Source: Candidatus Zapsychrus exili
GTDB lineage: Bacteria > Omnitrophota > Gorgyraeia > Zapsychrales > Zapsychraceae
NCBI GenBank assembly: GCA_030765585.1
Contig: JAVCCJ010000075.1
Location: forward strand, 37,482-101,481
DNA: 64,000 bases
Direction: 5' to 3'
The translations under genes and the position numbers were made by a program. The notes below the pieces were generated by a model. The model searched no databases and was not told where the DNA came from. It was given only the letters and a program-made list of their open reading frames with translations. Shown here piece by piece: positions 30,684 to 40,229 of this stretch (the stretch's first letter is position 1; every line of letters begins with the position of its first letter).

Positions 30684-32087
30684 ATGAACGTTATTAGCGA
30701 AAGTAATAGTTTGTATAAAATTATTGATTTTAAACATTGTGCTATAGATTTGCTTAAAGTTTTTAAAGATGAAAGTCATGTTTTTTGCTTAGATAGCAGT
30801 TTTCAAGGTAGTAAAAGAGGTCAATTTTCTTTTATCGGATTTGACCCTTTTGATGTCTTTGAACATAAGGGGGCTGATACTTTAAAATTGCTTAAGGAAA
30901 AATATTTAAAGTATTCTCATGCCAAGATAGACTCGCCGTCTCCCTTGTCCTCGGGTATTATAGGATTTCTAGGGTATGATTATGGATTAACTCAAGAAAG
31001 AATAAAATTAAATGCAGTTGATGATTTAAATTTGCCAGATTGTTTCTTTGGGTTTTATGATGTAATTCTTACGATAGATCATATAAATAGCAAACTTATA
31101 ATAACTTCATCAGGTCTTCCAGAACAAGATATTGAATTAAGAAAAGAAAGAGCAAGCAGTAGGCTTCAATTTGTTTTAGAAAAGATTACGTTGATAGATA
31201 AATTTACTGATAGCAGTAATACACATTGTGAGGAATCAAGTTTTTATGATATAGACAAAAGACTTGTTTGTAATTTTAAGAAGTCTGAATATTTACAAGC
31301 AGTTGAAAAGTCGCTTGATTATATAAAAGAAGGCGATATTTATCAGGTAAATTTGTCTCAAAGATTTGAAGTTGATTCTAAAGACGAAATTGATTCTGTT
31401 AAAGTTTATGCTCATTTAAGAAATTTGTCACCAGCTCCATTTGGAGGTTATTTGGATTGTGGAAATTTTAAGGTTATTAGCGTATCTCCTGAAAGATTTT
31501 TAAAAGTTGTTGATAGAAAAGTTGAGACAAGGCCGATGAAAGGTACTCGGCCAAGAGGAGAAAACCCAAATCAAGACGAGATTTTAAAGAGCGAGATAGT
31601 AGAGAGCGATAAAGATAAAGCAGAGCTTTTGATGATTACGGATTTAGAGAGGAATGATTTAGGTAGAGTTTGCGACTATGGTTCAGTTAAGGTAAATCAA
31701 ATGCGCGAAGTTGAAGAGTACTCAACGGTATTTCAGACAACATCTGAGGTTAGCGGTACTTTGCAAGATGATAAGGATATTTTTGATCTTATTTCCGCAG
31801 CTTTTCCTGGAGGCTCTATCACAGGTGCCCCTAAAATTCGTGCAATGGAAATTATAGAAGAATTGGAGCCTACTAGACGAGGAATTTATACTGGATCGTT
31901 AGGTTATTTAAGTTTTGATGGAAATATGGATTTAAATATTTTGATAAGAACTTTACTTTGTAAAAAGAACAAGATTTTATTTCAAGTAGGAGGAGGGATT
32001 GTCTCAGACTCTGACCCAGAAAAAGAATATCAGGAGACACTTGTTAAGGCGAAGGCTATTATGCAAACATTAAAAGAGGTTTTATAA
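30684..32087 (+). CDS. pabB: Aminodeoxychorismate synthase component I
   Basis: 'GDIYQVNL', 'SPERFL', 'PMKGT', 'AELLMITDLERNDLG' and 'FPGGSITGAPKIRAM' motifs; adjacent to a class IV PLP enzyme. Confidence 0.88.
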   Translation: MNVISESNSLYKIIDFKHCAIDLLKVFKDESHVFCLDSSFQGSKRGQFSFIGFDPFDVFEHKGADTLKLLKEKYLKYSHAKIDSPSPLSSGIIGFLGYDYGLTQERIKLNAVDDLNLPDCFFGFYDVILTIDHINSKLIITSSGLPEQDIELRKERASSRLQFVLEKITLIDKFTDSSNTHCEESSFYDIDKRLVCNFKKSEYLQAVEKSLDYIKEGDIYQVNLSQRFEVDSKDEIDSVKVYAHLRNLSPAPFGGYLDCGNFKVISVSPERFLKVVDRKVETRPMKGTRPRGENPNQDEILKSEIVESDKDKAELLMITDLERNDLGRVCDYGSVKVNQMREVEEYSTVFQTTSEVSGTLQDDKDIFDLISAAFPGGSITGAPKIRAMEIIEELEPTRRGIYTGSLGYLSFDGNMDLNILIRTLLCKKNKILFQVGGGIVSDSDPEKEYQETLVKAKAIMQTLKEVL

Positions 32088-32095
32088 AATAAGAT

Positions 32096-32893
32096 ATGAA
32101 GGTATTTTTAGCCGGTAAAATAAAAGATATTAATAAAAAAGAGATTGAGAGCTTGTCCCCTGGAGTCTTAAAAGCTCGTGGAGTATTTGAAACTTTAAAG
32201 GTTTATGATGGTAAAATATTCTTTTTAAATGAACATTTAGAAAGGATGAGAAGAGGGCTCATTGCTTTAAAGCTAAGAAATATCTTAAGTGGTGCGACGA
32301 TAAATAAGAAAGTTATCGAGCTTCTTAAAATAAATAAGTTAAAGAATGCAAGGGCTAGAATATCTATTTGGAAAGAGGGAACAAAACAAAGAGCTTGTAT
32401 TATAGTAATGCCTTTAAATAGGTCTAAGAGAAATGGTTTTAATGCAAATTTATCCAAGACTAAAAAGAATAGGTCGTCAATTTCGCATCTTAAAACTTTT
32501 TCTTATAGAAATTGTCTAGATGCATTTTTAGATGCACAATCAAAAGGCTTTGATGAAGCCATTCTTCTTAACAACAAAGGATTTATTGCAGAGGCTTCAA
32601 GAAGCAATATATTTTTTATAAAAAGAGGCAAGCTTTTTACACCTTCTATTGATTGCGGTTGTTTGAATGGAATCACAAGAGGTGTTGTTATGAAAATAGC
32701 TAAAGATATAGGTATTAATGTAGAAATAGGCAGGTTTCAGCTTAAAAATTTATTGAGTTCTGAAGAGGCTTTTTTAACGAATTCTTTAATTGGAGTAATG
32801 CCATTATTTGCGGTAAATAGAAAAAAGATAGGTAAGCCCCATATTGGGAAAATGACAGAAAGCATTGCAAAGCAGTATAAAACAATGATTTAA
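32096..32893 (+). CDS. pabC: Class IV PLP enzyme, probable aminodeoxychorismate lyase
   Basis: 'GVFETL', 'HLERM', 'HLKT', 'E.SRSNIF', 'LNGITR' and 'EEAFLTNS' motifs; follows pabB. Confidence 0.75.
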   Translation: MKVFLAGKIKDINKKEIESLSPGVLKARGVFETLKVYDGKIFFLNEHLERMRRGLIALKLRNILSGATINKKVIELLKINKLKNARARISIWKEGTKQRACIIVMPLNRSKRNGFNANLSKTKKNRSSISHLKTFSYRNCLDAFLDAQSKGFDEAILLNNKGFIAEASRSNIFFIKRGKLFTPSIDCGCLNGITRGVVMKIAKDIGINVEIGRFQLKNLLSSEEAFLTNSLIGVMPLFAVNRKKIGKPHIGKMTESIAKQYKTMI

Positions 32894-33092
32894 TTTTTAT
32901 TTCTTAAAGCTATTTATTGCGCTAAGTCCCACTACTTATGGCATAAAGACATATAAAAAGTCACTGTTGTTGTTTGCTCTAAGAAATTTTTGTTTTTTTG
33001 GAAATGTTTTGAGGTTATGAAGCTTTTTATTTTTTATTTGCTCATTTGCTTTAAAGCAAGTAGAATTAGATAACTAATATTAGAAAGATGAT

Positions 33093-34118
33093 ATGATAAA
33101 AATAAATTTAAGAATATTAATATTAATTAACGTTATTTTGTTATTTGTTGCCAGAGGTGCATTCTCTGATCAAAGATCAGCAGCTAGTAGAGCATTAATG
33201 GATACAGAAATATTGTTAGATTCTTATGGAGATGATGTTTTAGGGCAAATAAAAAAAGAAGCTGTTTCTGTAGAGAAAATAAATAAAGAGTTAGAGCATG
33301 AGCATGATATCGTTAATAAAGAATTAAATATATTTGCTAAAACAATTGCACAATATAAAAAGAAAATCATTTCTCTTAAAGCTGATCTTGAAAATTTAGA
33401 GGGTTATCAAGAAAATAGTAAAGATTCGTTTATTGAGCAGAAGAGCTTGCAGAAATTAGAAGACAATATTTTGATTAATAAAAGTAAGAACATTTATCTC
33501 AAAGGTCAGCTTATGGATGCTGACGAAGAACTAAGATTAAAAAAGATGAAGCTTGCTGATTCAGAATATAATCTTAGGCAAGAAAAGTTAGATTATAAAA
33601 TTAAGAAACACGCGTTTAATGAAGAACAGAGAAGAAAGAAGGTCGATAATAATAAGTTGCGAAAAGAATTGCAGGGGAATTTAAATAAGACAATACGGAT
33701 AGAGCAGAGTTTAAGTGATATTGGAAAAAGGTCTGCTTATTTTTCCGAGAGTATACAAAGGCTAGCCGAAGAAAATAAGAGGCTAGAGGATAAAATAGGA
33801 GAAATAGAAGAAAGAAAAGATTTCAAATCGAAGGAAGTTTCTCTTTTGAAGAAAAAGATTGAGTTTGCGAGAAAGTCTTTGGAGGTGGATGTATTACCTA
33901 AAGAGAAGAAAATAAGAGGTTTGATTGGCAATGTTAATAAGCTAAATAAAGAATATAATTTCTTAAATGATTCTCTTAAGTCGTCTCTTATTATGAGGGA
34001 TGAGAAAAGAGATCTTATGAAAAAAATAATTGAGCATGATAAGGAAAATCAAGAGCTAATAGATAAAATATTATTATTAGAGGAAAAACCAAAAGACTAC
34101 GGAGAGTATATAAATTAG
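33093..34118 (+). CDS. Secreted/anchored long coiled-coil protein
   Basis: Signal-peptide-like N-terminus followed by about 300 aa of K/E/L-rich heptads. Confidence 0.7.
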   Translation: MIKINLRILILINVILLFVARGAFSDQRSAASRALMDTEILLDSYGDDVLGQIKKEAVSVEKINKELEHEHDIVNKELNIFAKTIAQYKKKIISLKADLENLEGYQENSKDSFIEQKSLQKLEDNILINKSKNIYLKGQLMDADEELRLKKMKLADSEYNLRQEKLDYKIKKHAFNEEQRRKKVDNNKLRKELQGNLNKTIRIEQSLSDIGKRSAYFSESIQRLAEENKRLEDKIGEIEERKDFKSKEVSLLKKKIEFARKSLEVDVLPKEKKIRGLIGNVNKLNKEYNFLNDSLKSSLIMRDEKRDLMKKIIEHDKENQELIDKILLLEEKPKDYGEYIN

Positions 34119-34203
34119 TTTAAGCTAGAGAAATATTTTTATTTTAACTTTTTGGTTTAATTAATAATTTTAAGAAATAAGTTTATTCTTAGAGGAGGAA
34201 TAT

Positions 34204-34689
34204 ATGGATGAAATATTAGAAGCTTTATCGAATGACGCAAGAATAACGCCGCAAGAATTGTCTAAGCTAACAGGTAAAAGTTTGGCAGCAGTTAAAAGTG
34301 ATATAAAGAAATATGAGAAAAAAGGGGTAATAGTAAAGTATAAAGCAGTTATAAATAATGACTTGTTAGATGATTCAAAGCCAAAGGTACGTGCTTTAAT
34401 TGAGGTTAGCATAGTTCCCCAGAAAGATGTTGGATTCGACAGGATAGCAGAAAGAATTTATAGTTTTGATGAAGTAATAAGTTGTTCTTTGGTTTCTGGG
34501 ACTTATGATCTTTTGGTTATTGTTGAAGGAGATAATATACAGACAGTTTCTAATTTTATAGCTTCTAAACTTTCTCCTATGGAGCATGTAAGGGGTACAG
34601 CAACACACTTTTTGCTTAAGAAATACAAAGAAGACGGACAAATTCTAAAGAAAAAAAGAAAAATGGCAAGACTTAATATATCTTATTAA
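34204..34689 (+). CDS. Lrp/AsnC family transcriptional regulator
   Basis: N-terminal HTH 'ILEAL.NDAR', 'GFDRIAERI', 'SGTYDL' and 'TATHFLLKKYK' motifs (YugG-like). Confidence 0.9.
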   Translation: MDEILEALSNDARITPQELSKLTGKSLAAVKSDIKKYEKKGVIVKYKAVINNDLLDDSKPKVRALIEVSIVPQKDVGFDRIAERIYSFDEVISCSLVSGTYDLLVIVEGDNIQTVSNFIASKLSPMEHVRGTATHFLLKKYKEDGQILKKKRKMARLNISY

Positions 34690-34694
34690 TAAAA

Positions 34695-34804
34695 TTATAC
34701 TTATTTAAGCTGCTGGGCCGCAGCTTAAATAAGTATAAATTCGTACGGGCTAACTTGATGTTCGCCTCGTAAATTACTCGGCCCCATAAGTTAGGTGCTC
34801 ATTT
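34695..34804. repeat. Perfect 19-bp hairpin followed by an AAATTCGTAC...GTGCTCATTT element
   Basis: TTATACTTATTTAAGCTGC (34695-713) pairs with GCAGCTTAAATAAGTATAA (34720-738). It is followed by 34737-34804, which has a CTAACTT/AAGTTAG inner stem. Confidence 0.75.
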
Positions 34805-34805
34805 A

Positions 34806-35963
34806 ATGGAATTTAAAATATCTAAAAAAGTAGAAGAGATGCAACCATCAGGCATTAGGGCTTTCTTTGATTTAGTGTTGGGCATGAAAGATGTTATTTC
34901 GTTAGGCGTAGGAGAGCCGGACTTTGTAAGTCCTTGGAATGTTAGAGAGAAAGCTATTTATTCTTTAGAGCAAGGGTACACATCTTATACGTCAAATAAA
35001 GGGATGCCAGAGCTAAGAAAGCAAATATCAAGTTTCTTGAAAAAACGCTATAGTTTGTCTTATGGCTGGGATGATGAAGTTCTTATAACTGCAGGTGTAA
35101 GCGAGGGTCTGGATTTAGTTATGAGAACTATTTTAAATCCAGGAGATAAGGTTTTGATACCTGAACCTTCGTATGTTTCTTATGGTCCTGTGGTGTCTTT
35201 GACAGGAGGCGTACCTATATTTATAGAGACAAGCGTTAAGAATGATTTTAAGGTTACGCCAAAACAAATTAGTGATAAATGTGGTAAAGGTGTAAAAGCT
35301 ATTCTTTTTAATTATCCATGTAATCCTACGGGAGCATCTTATACAAAAAAAGAATTAAAAGAAATTGCTTCTGTAGTCAAGAAACATAATTTATTAGTTA
35401 TAAGCGATGAAGTTTATGATGAGCTTACATATGATTTTGATCATACAGCATTTCCTTCTTTAAAGGATATGAAAAATAGAACGATTTATTTAAATGGTGT
35501 ATCTAAGTCATATGCTATGACAGGTTTTCGTATTGGTTGGGCAGTTGGTCCTAAAAAAATAATTGCTGGTATGACAAAAATACATCAGTACACAATGCTT
35601 TGTACATCTATTAACAGTCAGATAGCAGCATCAGAGGCTTTAAAGAACGGGTTTAATAGTGTTCAATTTATGAAAAGAGAATATCAAAGACGCCGCAGGT
35701 ATATTGTAGACGCTTTAAATGATATTGGATTAGAGTGTCATTGTCCGCAAGGCACGTTTTATGTCTTTCCTTCTATAAAGAGTACAAAACAAAAGTCAAT
35801 AGACTTTGCCAAGAACCTTCTTAAATCCAAGAAAGTCGCATTGGTTCCAGGAGTAGCTTTTGGTAAATCCTGTGAAGGACATGTACGCATTTCGTATGCT
35901 TCAAGCTATGAAGACTTAAAGGAAGCTATATTTAGGATTCAAAGCTATCTTAAAAAAATCTAG
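34806..35963 (+). CDS. Class I/II PLP-dependent aminotransferase (YugH/AlaT-like)
   Basis: 'LGVGEPDF', 'NPTG', 'SDEVY' and 'SKSYAMTGFRIG' motifs. Confidence 0.92.
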   Translation: MEFKISKKVEEMQPSGIRAFFDLVLGMKDVISLGVGEPDFVSPWNVREKAIYSLEQGYTSYTSNKGMPELRKQISSFLKKRYSLSYGWDDEVLITAGVSEGLDLVMRTILNPGDKVLIPEPSYVSYGPVVSLTGGVPIFIETSVKNDFKVTPKQISDKCGKGVKAILFNYPCNPTGASYTKKELKEIASVVKKHNLLVISDEVYDELTYDFDHTAFPSLKDMKNRTIYLNGVSKSYAMTGFRIGWAVGPKKIIAGMTKIHQYTMLCTSINSQIAASEALKNGFNSVQFMKREYQRRRRYIVDALNDIGLECHCPQGTFYVFPSIKSTKQKSIDFAKNLLKSKKVALVPGVAFGKSCEGHVRISYASSYEDLKEAIFRIQSYLKKI

Positions 35964-36059
35964 TAATCTTAAAATTTATTTAGAAAAGCGAAGATCCTTT
36001 TAGAGCAAATAAGGATAGTTGCCTATTTTTATATTTTTCTATACGACAAGAAATAATTA

Positions 36060-36443
36060 ATGGCAAAAAGTACTAAGAAATTAGATGATACGGATTTTGA
36101 AATCCAGTTTTATGAAGGCGTGTTAGATAAGGCTCCAGATTTCTTTGAGGCCCTTAGTGCATTAGGTGATTTGTATACAAAAAAGGGCAGATACAAAGAA
36201 GGATTAAAAGTTGATTTGAGATTAATTGTTTTTAAGCCAGACGATCCGATTGTTTTATATAATCTTGCTTGTAGCTATTCTTTATTGGAAGATATTGATA
36301 AAGCCTTAGTGATGTTTAAGAAGGCAATAAAGTTTGGGTACAGCGATTTTGCTCATCTTCAAACTGATAGTGATTTGGAAAATCTTAAGAAAGATGCTAG
36401 GTTTAAAAGATATATGCTGAGAATTAAAAAAAAGGAATTGTAA
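36060..36443 (+). CDS. Small TPR protein
   Basis: 'LGDLYTKKGRYKEGL.VD', 'YNLACSYSL' and 'DSDLENL' motifs. Confidence 0.8.
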   Translation: MAKSTKKLDDTDFEIQFYEGVLDKAPDFFEALSALGDLYTKKGRYKEGLKVDLRLIVFKPDDPIVLYNLACSYSLLEDIDKALVMFKKAIKFGYSDFAHLQTDSDLENLKKDARFKRYMLRIKKKEL

Positions 36444-36449
36444 AAAAAT

Positions 36450-38327
36450 ATGTTTTCAAACAAACAAGAAAAAGAGAACGCTAACGAAAGACAGTACATT
36501 CGTTTAAAAAGCGTTTTTCCTGTAGAATTTACCGTTGTTCGTCTTCCAGATAATTTGTTTGGGATTAATTGGCTACAAGGATATACGAGCAATGTTAGTA
36601 AAGGTGGTATTTGTCTTGAGACATCTTACTTGGATGAACGTATTTTTTCTTATTTAGAAAAAGAAGATACGTATTTAGAAACGCGAATACATATACCGCT
36701 CTTTTTGCCACCTATAAAGGCAATAACAGAAGTAGCATGGATTAAAAAAGAGTCTGGTGAAAACTCCCTTAAGTATAGAATTGGATTAAAATTTAAATCA
36801 ATAAATCCTGCTGATCTTAGAAGAATGTTAAGGCAGGCCAGATGGATAAGATTTTCATTTAAAGCCGTTGTTGTTTTGGCAATAAGTTTTCTTGTTGCAT
36901 TCTCTGTAGCTAGTTTTCGTAATTATACGCTTAGAGCAACAAATCGTAAATTAATAAATAAGTTTGTGACTGTTCAGCAACAGCATATACAAGAAAAAGA
37001 AGAATTAAATAGAGTGTCTGATGAAAAAAGAGTTATTCTTAGGCAAATTGAAGGACAAGCAGACACTGTAACAACTCGCAAAGAACTTCAGCTAGAGTAT
37101 GAAGTTCTTGCTAGACAAGAAAAACAGATATCAGATAGATTTAATATGCTTGAGGGAAAAAGAGAAGGCCTCGAAAAACAAGTTTTAGAAAAAATGTACT
37201 TATGGCTTAAGAATCATCAAAGCCCATCTACTGGTTTAGTTTTAAGTTTCGAAGGAAGTGTTGGCATAATAAATCACTGGTCTTTTACATATGATCAAGC
37301 TTTGGCTGTTAATGTTTTTATGTTGTTTGAAGATTACCAAGCAGCTAAGAAAATATTAGATTTTTTTAATAAAGAAGCAAAGAATAAATTTGGCGGATTT
37401 GCTAATGCATATTATTTTGATTCTGGGGATGTGACAGAATTTGTTGTACATTGTGGCCCTAATATTTGGTTAGGAATTGCAATTATGCAATATACAAAAA
37501 ATACAGGTGATTATTCGTATATGCCTTTAGCGCAGAAAATAGCTGACTGGACGATACATATTCAAGACGAGGACCCTGTAGGTGGCATAAAAGGGGGCCC
37601 AGAAAGTTCTTGGTTTGCCACTGAGCATAATTTAGATGCATATGCATTCTTTGAAATGATTTACAGCATGACAAAAGACACTAAGTATGAACTAGCTAAG
37701 CAGAAGTCATTATTCTGGCTTAAAACTTATGCTATGATTCCGCATTCAAAGGATTATAAATCTCCTCCTATCAAAAGAGGGAAAGGGGATGCAACTATTG
37801 CCACGGATACTTTTGCGTGGTCTCTTGCTACTTTGGGTCCAGAGAAGCTTATAAAAATTGGTATGGATCCTGAACAAATAATGAATTTTGCTGAAAAACA
37901 TTGTAAAGTAAATATTAAATTTAAAAGACCAAGTGATGTAGTAGTTGACGTAGAGGGTTTTGATTTTTCTAAGGAGACGCATATGCCAAGAGGCGGATTA
38001 GTTTCTCCAGAATGGACTTCGCAAATGATTATATCTTTCCAGATATTAAGTGAATACTTTGAAGGTCAAGGTAATTCTATCAAGGCAGGTTACTATATTG
38101 AGAAATCAGAAAAGTATTTAAATGAATTAAAAAAACTTATTATCTCAAGTCCTTCTGCTAGAGGACAAGGAGAAGGCTGTCTTCCCTACGCAACTTTAGC
38201 AAACGCTGATACGGGACATGGATGGAATACCCCTTTTGGAATAGATACTTGTTCTGTCGCAGGAACTGCGTATATGATTATGGCGTTGAAAGATTTTAAT
38301 CCTTTGATGTTTGACTTGCCCCGTTAG
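36450..38327 (+). CDS. PilZ domain-TM-coiled coil-(alpha/alpha)-toroid glycosidase-like fusion protein
   Basis: PilZ RxxxR (RQYIR) and NxSxGG (NVSKGG), one TM helix and a coiled coil. The C-terminal domain has 'TYDQALA', 'GPNIWLGIA', 'TEHNLDAYA', 'TDTFAW' and 'EWTSQM'. Confidence 0.7.
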   Translation: MFSNKQEKENANERQYIRLKSVFPVEFTVVRLPDNLFGINWLQGYTSNVSKGGICLETSYLDERIFSYLEKEDTYLETRIHIPLFLPPIKAITEVAWIKKESGENSLKYRIGLKFKSINPADLRRMLRQARWIRFSFKAVVVLAISFLVAFSVASFRNYTLRATNRKLINKFVTVQQQHIQEKEELNRVSDEKRVILRQIEGQADTVTTRKELQLEYEVLARQEKQISDRFNMLEGKREGLEKQVLEKMYLWLKNHQSPSTGLVLSFEGSVGIINHWSFTYDQALAVNVFMLFEDYQAAKKILDFFNKEAKNKFGGFANAYYFDSGDVTEFVVHCGPNIWLGIAIMQYTKNTGDYSYMPLAQKIADWTIHIQDEDPVGGIKGGPESSWFATEHNLDAYAFFEMIYSMTKDTKYELAKQKSLFWLKTYAMIPHSKDYKSPPIKRGKGDATIATDTFAWSLATLGPEKLIKIGMDPEQIMNFAEKHCKVNIKFKRPSDVVVDVEGFDFSKETHMPRGGLVSPEWTSQMIISFQILSEYFEGQGNSIKAGYYIEKSEKYLNELKKLIISSPSARGQGEGCLPYATLANADTGHGWNTPFGIDTCSVAGTAYMIMALKDFNPLMFDLPR

Positions 38328-38594
38328 AGATAAGAAATGTATTATACTTATATTTTGAGAAGTAAAAAAGATAATTTATGGTATACAAGTTATATAAAAG
38401 ATTGAGATGTGCGGTTAAAAAAGCATAATAAGGGTAAAGTGTTATCAACAAAAAATAGAGCGCCTTTTTAGTTGATTTATTATGAGGCTTGCATAGATGA
38501 AAGAGATGCTATTGCAAGAGAGAAATATTTAAAATCTGGGATGGGAAAACGTTATTTAAGAAATAGAATGAAGTTTTTCTTATCTCTAACGGGG
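38319..38594. mobile_element. 276-bp element bounded by perfect 19-bp inverted repeats and carrying a GIY-YIG nuclease gene
   Basis: CCCCGTTAGAGATAAGAAA (38319-38337) and TTTCTTATCTCTAACGGGG (38576-38594) are exact reverse complements. Confidence 0.75.
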
Positions 38595-38597
38595 TGA
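38337..38597 (+). pseudogene. GIY-YIG nuclease (UPF0213-like) pseudogene
   Basis: Hand translation: MYYTYILRSKKDNLWYTSYIKD*DVRLKKHNKGKVLSTKNRAPF*LIYYEACIDERDAIAREKYLKSGMGKRYLRNRMKFFLSLTG*. In-frame stops fall at 38403 and 38469. The ORF track does not list it. Confidence 0.88.
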
Positions 38598-38603
38598 ATA
38601 AAT

Positions 38604-39023
38604 ATGAAGTCTTATAAACAAGAATTATGGTTTGATACAAAATCACGACGAGATTATGTTAATATAACCAGAGAAGTGCAAGAAGAAATAGATAAAAGTG
38701 GAATTAAGGAAGGCCTTTGTCTTGTTAATGCTATGCATATAACAGCAAGTGTATATATAAATGATGATGAGAGTGGGCTTATCGGTGATTATGATAAATG
38801 GCTTGAAAAGTTAGCTCCGCATCAACCCCTTTCTCAGTATAATCATAATAATACTGGAGAGGATAATGGCGATGCACATTTAAAAAGACAGATAATGGGT
38901 CGAGAAGTGGTTGTGGCAGTAACTGATGGAAAGCTTGATTTTGGACCTTGGGAACAGATTTTCTATGGAGAGTTTGATGGCCGTAGAAGGAAAAGAGTAT
39001 TAGTTAAAATAATTGGAGAATAA
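38604..39023 (+). CDS. yjbQ: YjbQ/UPF0047 family protein
   Basis: 'MHITASV.IND.E.GL', 'EDNGDAHLK' and '[16 protein letters not shown]' motifs. Confidence 0.9.
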   Translation: MKSYKQELWFDTKSRRDYVNITREVQEEIDKSGIKEGLCLVNAMHITASVYINDDESGLIGDYDKWLEKLAPHQPLSQYNHNNTGEDNGDAHLKRQIMGREVVVAVTDGKLDFGPWEQIFYGEFDGRRRKRVLVKIIGE

Positions 39024-39046
39024 ACAAGATATAAGGAGAGAATTAA

Positions 39047-39952
39047 ATGTCTTTGATTGCATTAGGAACAGTTGCCTTAGATGATATTAAAACACCTAAA
39101 GGGGTAAAAAAGGACTTGCTCGGAGGGTCTGCGTCTCATTTTTCAATGAGCGCATCACTTTTTACAAAAACTCATATAGCTGGAATTATAGGAGAGGATT
39201 TTCCAGAGAAGCATATGGCCTTGTTCAAGAAGAAAAAAGTAGATACTACAGCTATAATTAAAAAGAAAGGTAAAACTTTTCATTGGTACGGCGAATATAA
39301 AAAAGGAGATTTTAATAGTGCGATAACTATTAAGACAGAGTTGGGAGTAATAACTGAATATGAGCCAATATTGAGTGTAAGCCAAAAAAATATCCCGAAT
39401 GTATTTTTAGCAAATATAGATCCTATTACTCAGATGAAGTTTTTAAAAGTTATGAAAAATCCTAAATTCGTCGGATTAGACACTATGAATTTATGGATAG
39501 ATACTATGCGAGGAGATGTTGTTAAATTGATGAAGAAAATAGATTTATTTGTTTTAAATGATGGTGAAGCAAGGATGTTAGCAGAGGAGACTAATTTAAT
39601 AAAAGCAGCAAAGATTTTACGTAAAATGGGACCGTCATTAATTGTAATAAAAAAAGGTGAGAATGGAGTTTTGTTTTATTGTGATAAGTTTATGTTTTCA
39701 TTCCCAGCATTTCCTGTTACAGAAGTCGTAGATCCAACAGGTGCGGGAGACACTTTTGCAGGTGGACTTATGGGATATTTAATTAAACAGAAAAAAATAA
39801 ATGAAAAAACATTAAGAGCGGCTTTGGTTTATTCTACAATACTTTCTTCGTTTAATGTGGAAGGTTTTGTTGCAGACAAAACAGCTTCGCTTAATTTAAC
39901 AAAAGTTAATAAAAGAAGAAAAGAGTTTATAAGGTTTATAGCGCCTAATTAA
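39047..39952 (+). CDS. PfkB-family carbohydrate/nucleoside kinase
   Basis: 'LGGSA', 'DTMNLWI' and 'DPTGAGDTFAGG' motifs. Confidence 0.9.
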   Translation: MSLIALGTVALDDIKTPKGVKKDLLGGSASHFSMSASLFTKTHIAGIIGEDFPEKHMALFKKKKVDTTAIIKKKGKTFHWYGEYKKGDFNSAITIKTELGVITEYEPILSVSQKNIPNVFLANIDPITQMKFLKVMKNPKFVGLDTMNLWIDTMRGDVVKLMKKIDLFVLNDGEARMLAEETNLIKAAKILRKMGPSLIVIKKGENGVLFYCDKFMFSFPAFPVTEVVDPTGAGDTFAGGLMGYLIKQKKINEKTLRAALVYSTILSSFNVEGFVADKTASLNLTKVNKRRKEFIRFIAPN

Positions 39953-39953
39953 T

Positions 39954-40229
39954 ATGGAAATGAGTATAATAGAAAAAATAGGATTCGTTGCTGCCGTTGT
40001 GCTCCCATTCTGGAATATTCCTTTGGTAGTTAAGATTATAAAGAGAAAATCTTCTAAGGATATTAGTTTGTTGTGGGTAACAGGAGTGTGGATTTGCATT
40101 CTACTTATGGCGCCGGCAGGATTCAGATCAAGTGATATTGTTTGGAGAGCGTTTAATATAACAAATCTAGTATTGTTTACTATAGTTTTTTTTGTAGCAG
40201 TACGTTTTAGGAGTGGTAATGGAAAATAA
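39954..40229 (+). CDS. PQ-loop/SemiSWEET-like small membrane protein
   Basis: 3 TM helices; 'IPLVVKIIKRKSSKDISL' matches the PQ-loop pattern (PL in place of PQ). Confidence 0.7.
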   Translation: MEMSIIEKIGFVAAVVLPFWNIPLVVKIIKRKSSKDISLLWVTGVWICILLMAPAGFRSSDIVWRAFNITNLVLFTIVFFVAVRFRSGNGK

